Origin: Planctomycetota bacterium | GTDB taxonomy: Bacteria > Planctomycetota > Planctomycetia > JALXBF01 | Assembly: GCA_026991575.1 (NCBI GenBank) | Contig: JALXBF010000065.1 | Span: 62,001 to 126,000, forward strand | DNA length: 64,000 bases | Direction: 5' to 3' | Part shown: positions 36,980 through 45,547 of the stretch, piece by piece | How the letters are laid out: each line of letters starts with the position of its first letter | Numbering within the stretch: position 1 is the first letter of the stretch | Translations under genes and position numbers: made by a program | The notes under the pieces: generated by a model | What the model was told of the DNA's origin: nothing | The model's input: only the letters and a program-made list of their open reading frames with translations | Databases searched by the model: none

Positions 36980-37366
36980 ATGGCGCGGATCAGTCTGACA
37001 GGATTTGATCACCTCATGGCGGGATTGCTCGACGAGTGGCCGAAAGCATGGACCAGTCGGCTGGTCGGCCTGCTGGTCATCTGGGCCGCCAGTGACGAAG
37101 AAATCGACGAACCGGAGCCGGAGGAGGACGACGATTTGGACGAGGAGGAGCTGGCAGCGTACATGCAGGAGTCCTATGACGACGAGGAGGACTGGGACGA
37201 TGAGGCGGACTTTGAGGATGAGGAGCTCGATGAACTGGAAGAGTTCGACGCAATGGACGATGAGGATGATTGGGAGGAAGAAGACGAGTTCGACGAGACC
37301 TTCGACGAAGACGACGAGTTCCTGGACGAAGAAGAGTTTGAAGACTACGACGACGAAGAGTACTGA
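36980..37366 (+). CDS. Small, extremely acidic (poly-D/E) hypothetical protein
   Basis: 128 aa from ATG 36980 with a purine-rich RBS; by hand count about 61 of the last 91 residues are D/E, with no K or R. Confidence 0.7.
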   Translation: MARISLTGFDHLMAGLLDEWPKAWTSRLVGLLVIWAASDEEIDEPEPEEDDDLDEEELAAYMQESYDDEEDWDDEADFEDEELDELEEFDAMDDEDDWEEEDEFDETFDEDDEFLDEEEFEDYDDEEY

Positions 37367-37393
37367 ACCAGCTGGAGGCACATCCGTCGTACG

Positions 37394-38314
37394 GTGACGG
37401 GACGCGGTTGGAGAAAGGTCTTACCCCGAACAAAGCGGGGGTTGGTTCGGACGGCTAGGCCACGAGTGGCTCGGGTTGCCGGCCGCTGGTGGGCACGGAT
37501 TGACTATGCGCGCCGCATCGAGCCGAGCTGGCTGACCGTTACCGAACTGGTTGTGCCCGTGCGCGACCTGCCGGAGGCCTTCGACGGCTTCCGCATTGCT
37601 CACCTCTCCGATTTCCATCTTCACGACCATGCGACGATCCAGCGTGCCAGTGAGGCGGTGCGACTGGCCAATGAGGCCAGGCCGGATTTGGTGGCGTTGA
37701 CGGGCGATTTTCTCCATGACGGGCACCGCGGTGTGGAACCGGCGGGACGCATCGCCGGCTCGCTGCGTGCCAAACATGGTGTCGTTGCCGTGCTCGGTAA
37801 CCATGACTGGGCCGTGCGCAGCTACTGGCTCCGCCGCTACCAGCTGCGCCACAAAGGACGCCGACATCTGAGACGGGCACTGATTCAGTCCTTGCAGAGC
37901 TACGGCGTACGTGTGCTGCGAAACGAGACACTGTTGATCGAGCGGGCAGGGCAGCGATTGGCCGTGGTGGGGCTGGAGGATCTCTGGAGTCGCAGGTGCG
38001 ATATGGACCGAGCCGTGGCACGGCTGGAGCACACTGTGCCGCGCGTCGTGCTCGCTCACAACCCGATGGCGATCGAGACACTGAACGGGCACCGCTGCGA
38101 TCTGATGCTGGCCGGGCACACGCACGGTGGGCAGATTAAGCTGCTGCAAAGGAAGGCGTTCGCGCTGGGCAAGGCCGTACGCCATTACCGAGCCGGTCTG
38201 TACCAGACAGACAGCGGGTGGCTGTACGTGACGACCGGCGTTGGCTGTGGCTCATTCCGCTTGCGCTACGGCGTGCGGCCCGAAATCGCCCTGGTGACCC
38301 TGGTCGCCGCATAA
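37394..38314 (+). CDS. Metallophosphoesterase (calcineurin-like, YkuE/YaeI type)
   Basis: LSDFH, TGDF, GNHD, AHNP, GHTHGGQ. Confidence 0.9.
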   Translation: MTGRGWRKVLPRTKRGLVRTARPRVARVAGRWWARIDYARRIEPSWLTVTELVVPVRDLPEAFDGFRIAHLSDFHLHDHATIQRASEAVRLANEARPDLVALTGDFLHDGHRGVEPAGRIAGSLRAKHGVVAVLGNHDWAVRSYWLRRYQLRHKGRRHLRRALIQSLQSYGVRVLRNETLLIERAGQRLAVVGLEDLWSRRCDMDRAVARLEHTVPRVVLAHNPMAIETLNGHRCDLMLAGHTHGGQIKLLQRKAFALGKAVRHYRAGLYQTDSGWLYVTTGVGCGSFRLRYGVRPEIALVTLVAA

Positions 38315-39053
38315 GCTAGACCCACCCACCCCGCCTCGGTACGAGGCCGTCCGGTCATCTCGACCGAACCACTTCTAGCCAGGCGATGCGAGCGGTTTGG
38401 CTCCTTGTAGCACAAGCTATGCCAGATGGATGGCCGCGCGCAGAGGGGCGGCGTCGGTTGGTGTGAGCCCTGACGCAACGGCCCCGGGGAAATGCGTAGC
38501 ACGTCCCATGGCGTTTAGCGGTCGCGCCGCCCACCGCGCATGAGCCCAGCTGGCAGCGCTCGGAGCCCGAAGCGTGGTCCAACCCGCCCGATGTGGAAAC
38601 TCGGACACACCCCGGGCGGGAGCGGATGTGTTCCAGCGCTTGCACTCTCTCCGCCGGAGCGACGGTCGGTACGAGTGCCGACGAAACGGTGATGCAGGCG
38701 CTTGCCATGTTGGTGGGGCCTTTCGCCGACTCGGGGGCTAACAGACCGGACCGCTTGCTTCAACGGGTGGAAGATCCGCACGTCCGGCTCGGAGCGGGCC
38801 CCGGGCAACCGGGGCTTGCTATGCCTTTCGGTTTGACGTGGGTGCCCGATTGGTTCGTTTCTCGCTTCGCCTGTCGCCAAAACCACGCTGGGCACCATCC
38901 CGACCGATGACACGACGCGACGCTGAAGCGCTGCCCGAGCTTGCCCGGTGTGCTCAAGAGCTGAAACGCGCCCCCGCCTGCGGGAGCGGGCTTTCCGGGT
39001 GCGGCCAGGCGCGTAGAATTGTTCCGGAGAAACCTGGCAGTGAGGGTACGGAC

Positions 39054-39317
39054 ATGGCGCACAAGAAAGGGCAAGGGGCAAGCCGGAACGGCCGCGACTC
39101 CAATCCGAAGTACCTCGGCATCAAAGCATTCGCCGGCCAGTTCGTGAAGGCTGGCTCGATCATCGTGCGTCAACGCGGCACGAAGTTTAAGCCAGGCTTC
39201 AACGTGGGGCTTGGCCGGGACTACACGATCTTTGCACTGAAGCCCGGAATCGTCTACTTCGATCGCGGCGGGCGCCGCGTGAACGTGCGTCCGCTCGAAG
39301 AGGCGGCAGCCAACTGA
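39054..39317 (+). CDS. rpmA: 50S ribosomal protein L27
   Basis: [24 protein letters not shown]...[24 protein letters not shown] -10-like TAGAAT lies at 39014-39019. Confidence 0.98.
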   Translation: MAHKKGQGASRNGRDSNPKYLGIKAFAGQFVKAGSIIVRQRGTKFKPGFNVGLGRDYTIFALKPGIVYFDRGGRRVNVRPLEEAAAN

Positions 39318-39347
39318 ACGCTTTGGACCGATGGTCTAGCGCAGGCT

Positions 39348-39384
39348 AAAGCGACGCCGGCGGTGGCTGGCGTCGTTTTCTTTG
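39348..39384 (+). terminator. Intrinsic terminator after rpmA
   Basis: Stem GCGACGCCGGC/GCTGGCGTCGT with a 4-nt loop, followed by TTTCTTT. Confidence 0.75.
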
Positions 39385-39391
39385 TCCCAGG

Positions 39392-40177
39392 GTGGCGACG
39401 ATGCTGCGGTTTGGCGTACGCGCGGAGTTGCTCAGCAAGTCGACCCGGACAGCCATCCGGCGGGCGGCATCGCTTGGGTTCGGCGCGGTGCAATTGACGG
39501 CTAGCGGGGAGCTGCATCCGGATGAGCTGTCGCGGACGGGTCGTCGAGAACTCCGCCATCTGCTGGCAACCCACGGACTGTCGCTCAGCGGCTGGTTCTA
39601 CCCGATGCGGTACGGGCTCGCCGATGAGACGGAGCTGGAGCGGCGGCTCGAGGAGCTACGCAAGACGCTGATCATGAGCTACGAGACCGGTGCCGGCTGT
39701 GTCGTCACCTCGATCGGCCGTGTGCCGCGTGACCCGGACCACCCGGCCCGGAAACTCATGGGTGAGGTGCTGCTCGATCTGGCCGAGTTTGCGGACCGGG
39801 CCGGCGGGGTGCTGGCGGCCGAGTCGGGCACGGAGCCGCTGGAGGTGCTGGCCGAGTTCCTCGCCGGCCTGGACCGTGGTACACTCCGCATCAACTACGA
39901 CCCGGCAGCGCTGCGGACCAGAGGCTACGAGCCGACAGCCGGGTTCTCTGCCGCCGTGCCCTTCTTGGTCCACTGCCACGCGTGGGACGTGACCGTGGAC
40001 GCATCCAGTGAGACGGGGCAGGTGGTCCCGCTCGGGCAAGGCGTCGTACCATGGCCCCAGGTTCTGGGACTGCTCCAGGAGGCCGACTACACGGGCTGGA
40101 TCGTCGTGGACCGGCTACCCGAGTCGGGTCCAGAGGCTGCCGGGGCTGCTCTTCAGTACCTCCGCTCGATTCGCTAA
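39392..40177 (+). CDS. Sugar-phosphate isomerase/epimerase-like TIM barrel protein
   Basis: LAAESG, INYDPA, HCHAWD, PLGQGVVPW, YTGWIVVD; alternative ATG at 39401. Confidence 0.82.
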   Translation: MATMLRFGVRAELLSKSTRTAIRRAASLGFGAVQLTASGELHPDELSRTGRRELRHLLATHGLSLSGWFYPMRYGLADETELERRLEELRKTLIMSYETGAGCVVTSIGRVPRDPDHPARKLMGEVLLDLAEFADRAGGVLAAESGTEPLEVLAEFLAGLDRGTLRINYDPAALRTRGYEPTAGFSAAVPFLVHCHAWDVTVDASSETGQVVPLGQGVVPWPQVLGLLQEADYTGWIVVDRLPESGPEAAGAALQYLRSIR

Positions 40178-40223
40178 AGTATGGCAGCCTTCTCGTGTAC
40201 CAGCAGGCCGGGAGTGTTGGTAA

Positions 40224-41885
40224 ATGACTCAGCGTGAACGTTGGGCTAGTCGCATCGGCTTGGTGCTGGCGATGGCCGGCAATGCCGTCGGCCTGGGCAA
40301 CTTCTTGCGCTTCCCCGGTCAGGTTGCCAGTAACGGCGGCGGCGCGTTCATGATCCCGTACTTCGTCTGCTTCCTCCTGATGGGCATCCCGCTGATGTGG
40401 CTGGAGTGGGGAATGGGTCGCTATGGCGGCATCCGTGGCCACGGCAGCACGCCGGGGATGTTCCACGTGATGTGGCGGTCGCCCATCGCCAAGTACCTTG
40501 GCGTCCTGGGCTTGTTCATCCCGTCGGTGATCCTGTTCTACTACTCCTATATCGCGAGCTGGACGCTGGGCTTTGCGCTGTTGAGTGCCCTTGGCCAGAT
40601 GCCCGAAGTTCCCCAGCAGCTCGATGCCAGCCGCTCGCCGGCAGAGATTAAGCAAGAAGTGCTTCAGCCGTTCGACTCCTTCCTGAAGGACTACGTAGGG
40701 GAGGGGAGCCAGTCGAGCGGCCGGTCCGCAGGCTCGCTCCTGCTGAAGCCGCGCGTTTTCGCCTACATCCTTTTCTGGGTGGTTGTGGCCCTGAATTACT
40801 GGGTCCTAGCCCGGGGGGTCGCCCGCGGCATTGAATTGCTGGCCAAGGTGGCCATGCCGCTGCTGTTTGTGCTGGCCATCGTTCTTGTGATACGCGTGCT
40901 GACGCTTGGTCAGGTCGTTCCGGGCGGACAGACGCCCGTGGACGGGCTGAACTTCATCTGGGAGCCACAATGGTTCATCGAGCGGGGCGGTCGCGAAGTG
41001 TTCGTACTGCTTGATCCGCAGACCTGGTTGGCGGCCGCCGGCCAGATCTTCTTCACGCTCAGCCTGGGCATGGGGGCGATCCAGTGTTACGCCAGCTACC
41101 TGCGCGAGGACGATGACGTGATGCTCACCGGGCTGTCCACCACGTCGGCCAATGAGTTCTGCGAGGTGGTTCTGGGCAGCTCGATCGCCATCCCAGCAGC
41201 AGTGGCCTTCTTCGGCATCATGGCCACCCGGGATATCGCCGAAGCCGGCACCTTCTACCTGGGATTCACATCCATGCCGGCGATCTTCAGCTACATCCAC
41301 TACGGCCAGTTCATGGCCGCGCTCTGGTTCCTGCTGCTGTTCTTCGCTGCGTTCACCTCAACGGTTGCCATGGCCCAGCCGTTTCTGGCATTCCTGCAGG
41401 ACGAGTTCCGCATCCCCCGGCAGAACGCAGTGGGCATTCTGGTGGCGCTGTGGGTTATCGGATCGCACGTTTGCATCTTCGTACGGCACGCCTGGCAGGT
41501 CATGGATTACTGGTCCGGCACGCTCGGTCCGCCGTTGATGGCACTGGTGGAGGTGATCCTGGTGATGTGGATCTTTGGCGGCCAGCGGATGTGGGAGGAG
41601 ATGCACAAGGGAGCGGAGCTACGAGCCCCGCGGTTCTTCTACTACGCCTCTCGCTACGTGACGCCGGTGATCCTGATTGCCATCTTCGCCGGCCTCGTGT
41701 ATCAGAAGATCACCGGCACGAATGAGCAAACCGGGCTAGAGGGCATGCCCGCTGGATCCATCGGCGTCTGGATCGCACGCGGCACACTGCTGGCGTTCGC
41801 GATCCTGTTGCTGTGGCTCATCTACCGGGCGTTCAACGGGACACACGGCGACGAGCGACAGAGCGGCGCGGCGGAGGCGAAATGA
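40224..41885 (+). CDS. Sodium-dependent transporter, NSS/SNF family (LeuT-like)
   Basis: RERWASRIGLVLAMAGNAVGLGNFLRFP..NGGGAFMIPY, GQIFFTLSLG, LLFFAAFTS; about 12 hydrophobic segments. Confidence 0.95.
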   Translation: MTQRERWASRIGLVLAMAGNAVGLGNFLRFPGQVASNGGGAFMIPYFVCFLLMGIPLMWLEWGMGRYGGIRGHGSTPGMFHVMWRSPIAKYLGVLGLFIPSVILFYYSYIASWTLGFALLSALGQMPEVPQQLDASRSPAEIKQEVLQPFDSFLKDYVGEGSQSSGRSAGSLLLKPRVFAYILFWVVVALNYWVLARGVARGIELLAKVAMPLLFVLAIVLVIRVLTLGQVVPGGQTPVDGLNFIWEPQWFIERGGREVFVLLDPQTWLAAAGQIFFTLSLGMGAIQCYASYLREDDDVMLTGLSTTSANEFCEVVLGSSIAIPAAVAFFGIMATRDIAEAGTFYLGFTSMPAIFSYIHYGQFMAALWFLLLFFAAFTSTVAMAQPFLAFLQDEFRIPRQNAVGILVALWVIGSHVCIFVRHAWQVMDYWSGTLGPPLMALVEVILVMWIFGGQRMWEEMHKGAELRAPRFFYYASRYVTPVILIAIFAGLVYQKITGTNEQTGLEGMPAGSIGVWIARGTLLAFAILLLWLIYRAFNGTHGDERQSGAAEAK

Positions 41886-42028
41886 GCTGGAAGGCGATGC
41901 TGTTCATGGCGTTCGGATGGGCCATTGCCTGGGCCCTGTTCCTCTACTGCTTTGCGCGCATCCTGTTCGGGAACCATCCTAAGGTACCAGCAGAATCGGA
42001 CACTCACTCCAGCGACACCGCCAACTAG
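41882..42028 (+). CDS. Small single-pass membrane protein, putative MetS-like NSS accessory subunit
   Basis: ATGA overlap with the transporter stop; GGAGG RBS; MSWKAMLFMAFGWAIAWALFLYCFARILFG (48 aa). Confidence 0.7.
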   Translation: MSWKAMLFMAFGWAIAWALFLYCFARILFGNHPKVPAESDTHSSDTAN

Positions 42029-42699
42029 AAATGCACCGGTGCGCGGATTGCTGCGGCCAGCCGCCGCAGGTACTCCGAGCGAGGAATATTCGTTGCCCCG
42101 AACTGTTTCGTATGGTCATTGAGAATCTGCAGGTCCAGCAGAAGGAAGCCACGTTCGCGGAGCCGATCGACCAGCGCCACCAACGCCACTTTGGAAGCGT
42201 CCCGCTCCCGATAGAACTTCGACTCCGCCGCGAAGAAGCCACCAATGGCCACGCCGTACAAACCGCCCGCCAGCCGGCCATTTGACCAGACCTCGACACT
42301 GTGGGCATAGCCGGCTTCGTGCAACTGCGTGTACGCCGCGATCATCTCGTCGGTAATCCACTGACCGCGGCCGTGGACCTCCGCGCAGCTTTCCATTACC
42401 GTACGGAAGCACCGATCGAACGTGACTGAGAACTTACCCGAGCGTATCGTACGGCGCAGCCGCCGCGGAACATGGAAGCGATCAAACTCCAGTATCCCTC
42501 TCGGATCAGGCGACCACCACATGACCGGAAGCCCCTCTTCATACCAGGGAAACAGGCCTTTGGAGTACGCTTCCAGCAGCCGGGGGACGCTCAAGTCAGT
42601 ACCAATGGCTACCAAGCCTTCCGCATCGGCCTGCTCGGGCGAGGGCAGCGGATCGGAGGGGCGGATCAGAACGGGCCCTAACTCACCCGTGAAATCCAT
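42025..42699 (-). CDS. aat: Leucyl/phenylalanyl-tRNA--protein transferase
   Basis: AYSKGLFPWY, WWSPDPRG, AHSVEVW, GGLYGV, ESKF, DASKVAL, HTKQFGA. Confidence 0.95.
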   Translation of the reverse strand: MDFTGELGPVLIRPSDPLPSPEQADAEGLVAIGTDLSVPRLLEAYSKGLFPWYEEGLPVMWWSPDPRGILEFDRFHVPRRLRRTIRSGKFSVTFDRCFRTVMESCAEVHGRGQWITDEMIAAYTQLHEAGYAHSVEVWSNGRLAGGLYGVAIGGFFAAESKFYRERDASKVALVALVDRLRERGFLLLDLQILNDHTKQFGATNIPRSEYLRRLAAAIRAPVHF

Positions 42700-42818
42700 G
42701 ATGTCGCCACCTCGGCCACATGCTGTACCGTCGATCGAGACCTGTTACTCTATCGTACCGTCTTGGCCGAGGGATGTGTGGGGCCAGCGTCAGCCGGCGC
42801 CCGTCACTGACGAGGCAG

Positions 42819-43619
42819 CTATAGCAGCGTCTCCAGCAGCAGCCTCAATTTGCGTACCTCGGGTACGACGTCAAACGGAAGGGGAGGCTCGTTGACGTAC
42901 TCGATGCTGATTGCCCGCTGATAATCGCGCTGTGCCAGATAGGCGACGATCCGACTGTAGTCGATCTTTCCCTTGCCGATGGGCACCTGGTTCTGGTCCG
43001 GCTCTGTGCCGGCGTCGCGAAGTTGCACGTGTTCAACGAGTGGGTAGACGAGCTCAAAGCCCTCGCCCCGCTGCGGACCGCTCATGTAATGAGCGACGTC
43101 CAGAGTCAGTCCCAGCATCGTCACTGCTTCACACAGGGCACGGGCACCGTCGGCTGTCTCGGCGTGCCCGCCCGGCTGATTCTCGATGCACAGTGTCAGA
43201 CCTTCGGCGGTCGCGAGCCGCACGAACCGGCTGAGACGGTGAATCTCTGCCTCAAGAGGAACCGATCGCGGTGCCGCCGGGATCGTCAGCACGGTGGCCT
43301 TCAGCGAGTGGGCAAGGCGGCAGAGTTGACCAAATCGCTCCTCCGCCTCGTGCCCGCCATCCGCAGGGAACTCCGCATACACAGCGGGTACTGCGACCGC
43401 CGGCCCGGAGCGGAAGATCGCATGGATCCGGTCGGGGTCCTCCAGCGCCTGGCCAAGTGTTGGGTGGTTGGACGTGCGCTGCAGTAGGCCGAACTCAACA
43501 CCCCCGAACTCCAGCTCGGCGATCGTTTCCAACGCCCGCTCAAGCGGCCGATCCGAGAAACACAGCGTCGAACAGATCAAGTACACGACCAACCTCCTTG
43601 CCACTGCTGGCGTCACCAC
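42819..43619 (-). CDS. Sugar-phosphate isomerase/epimerase-like TIM barrel protein
   Basis: LCIEN, GLTLDVAHY, HVQLRD, GKGKIDY, ISIEY. Start uncertain. Confidence 0.82.
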   Translation of the reverse strand: MVTPAVARRLVVYLICSTLCFSDRPLERALETIAELEFGGVEFGLLQRTSNHPTLGQALEDPDRIHAIFRSGPAVAVPAVYAEFPADGGHEAEERFGQLCRLAHSLKATVLTIPAAPRSVPLEAEIHRLSRFVRLATAEGLTLCIENQPGGHAETADGARALCEAVTMLGLTLDVAHYMSGPQRGEGFELVYPLVEHVQLRDAGTEPDQNQVPIGKGKIDYSRIVAYLAQRDYQRAISIEYVNEPPLPFDVVPEVRKLRLLLETLL

Positions 43620-44085
43620 GGCGGATTCTCAGCAATGCAACCGCCGCCGTCAACGCGGACTTGAGCCCGGGGCCCATGCAGCTTCTGCATCTTACCCGAG
43701 ACGGGTTGCCCCGAGGCGGGGCAGGCTGGTCCAGGGACCACTTCCGGACGCGCAGGGCCGTGCCGAGTGGGCCTGGGGCCCCATTCAGGTTGCGCGCTGG
43801 TGAACGGGGACAGGTTTGCGGGCGTGGGCCGCTGGGTTAGGCTAGGGTGATGCGTCTATCCATGACGTGATCGCGGGAAGCTGGTGCCCGGTCGGTCGTG
43901 CCCGGCCTGCTCGTCCACGCAGGCCGCCGGGTAAGAGAGTCGCTCGCGCACGGCTCAAGCCACCGTGGCAAGGCTACCGAGGCGGATTAACGTCGGGCAG
44001 GAACTCGGTACGGCCGGTCGTCTCGACCGGCCGATTCGCGCGATCGAAGACGCTCATGCACTGAGTCGTTGCGTGATCGAAACGA

Positions 44086-45354
44086 TCACGCGTACGGGCG
44101 GTGTTGTTGGAGCAGTTCGATCAGGCGGTCAAAAAGCTCGATACAAACGGCGGGCTCTGCCCGATGAAGGCTGTTGCGCTCCCAGCGATCCTCGGGCTTC
44201 GCATACAGCCGGCTCGCCTGCAGGACCTGTTCCTCCTTGTCCAGCTCGTCGCGAAACTCGGGCGGCGCCTCCGGGTTCAGCCGCGTCAGAAAGAACCACT
44301 CGCGCGTGCGCAGGCCCCAGATCGTTCCGTCCGGTGCCCGGCACAAGATTGCCTCACGCGTAGGCTCGGCGCGTGCTTCCAGGATCGCGCGCAGCCGCGA
44401 GGGCTCCTCATTGCCGCTGCCTGCCGCCAGCAGGTCGATGATGCCCGTGCCCAGGTCCTCCGGGGTCAGAAGGGCCCGACTGCGACCCACGCGTTGGTGC
44501 ATGCCGGGGAGACGCACGATGAGTGGCAAGTGGAGGATCTCTTCGTGCAGTGGCCCAGGGTCGTAATCGTCACCCTGGGCGTCGTCGGCCGTCAGGATCC
44601 GCTCGCCGTGGTCTGACGTGACGATCACACCGGTCTTGGGCCAAAGCACGCTGTCACGCAGGGCGCTGAGCAGGGAACCGATTGCATCGTCGACCCAGGT
44701 GACGCCCGCCGCATACACGAGCATTTCGGGCCGATCGACCAGGGCTCCCCACAGGATGCGATAGCCTTCCAGTTCCTCTTCCTCGATGGGCTGACCTGCC
44801 AGCCCCTGAGCCTCCATCTGCTGGAACGTGGTCACTGTCGATTCCTCGTCGGCTTCGGCGCCGCCGAGCTCTTTCTCGTACAGCTCTCGCCATTCGTCTG
44901 GCACCTCACGTGGCGGCTCTAATCCGGGCACCTCGAGCCACAGCAGGAACGGCCCCTGACGGTGATACTCGCTCAGCCACTCCGCGGCCGCGGCGACGAT
45001 GTGGTCCGGACGAGCTGGCTCTTCGATAGCGACCGCCTGCTTGAAGATCCGGTCCAGCAGGCTCTGGTCTCGTTCCAAGAAGCGCTGCGGGCCGATCCAG
45101 ACGAGCTGCTGCGACAGGGCTGCCCATGCAGACACTTGCTCGCTCAGAGCCGATAGCGTCAGCCCGAAAATCGCCCCGCGCACCGCCTCACACGTGGGCA
45201 CTCCGGCGTAGTAGTTGTCGAATACCAGGCCTTCGGCTGCCAGCATGTCCAGATGTTCCGTATCGACGGTGGAGTTACCGTAGCAGCCGAGTAAGCCGGT
45301 ATGGAGATTCTCAACAGTGATGACGATAAGATTCTCGCAGTTCGCTTCAGCCAT
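44086..45354 (-). CDS. Sulfatase-like/alkaline phosphatase superfamily protein with a degenerate active site
   Basis: NLIVITVENL..LGCYG..TEHLD.LAAEGLVFDNYY...CEAVR, YAAGV.WVDDAIG, IVTSDHGE, HLPLIVRLPG. Confidence 0.78.
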   Translation of the reverse strand: MAEANCENLIVITVENLHTGLLGCYGNSTVDTEHLDMLAAEGLVFDNYYAGVPTCEAVRGAIFGLTLSALSEQVSAWAALSQQLVWIGPQRFLERDQSLLDRIFKQAVAIEEPARPDHIVAAAAEWLSEYHRQGPFLLWLEVPGLEPPREVPDEWRELYEKELGGAEADEESTVTTFQQMEAQGLAGQPIEEEELEGYRILWGALVDRPEMLVYAAGVTWVDDAIGSLLSALRDSVLWPKTGVIVTSDHGERILTADDAQGDDYDPGPLHEEILHLPLIVRLPGMHQRVGRSRALLTPEDLGTGIIDLLAAGSGNEEPSRLRAILEARAEPTREAILCRAPDGTIWGLRTREWFFLTRLNPEAPPEFRDELDKEEQVLQASRLYAKPEDRWERNSLHRAEPAVCIELFDRLIELLQQHRPYA

Positions 45355-45547
45355 AGCAGCATCCCTGTGGGTCGCGTCGGAGAATCCTACGCGGCTTCCT
45401 GCCGCAACGCAGGCTTTGGGGGTCTACGTGTTCCCCTGCGGCTTTCCGGACGCGCTCCTTGGTGCGGGCCGGCGTTCCGGTGGGATTGGTCACATCGCAA
45501 GGTGCTGAAGATGGCCTGCCATGCGCCGGCTTCGGCAATGTCGGTAG

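Noticed and set aside
36665..37381. 238-aa hydrophobic ORF on the minus strand
   Set aside because: It is the antisense shadow of the GAC/GAG-rich acidic gene, whose reverse complement gives V/L/F codons.
38593..38910. 105-aa ORF in the gap before rpmA
   Set aside because: No recognisable motif or clear RBS.
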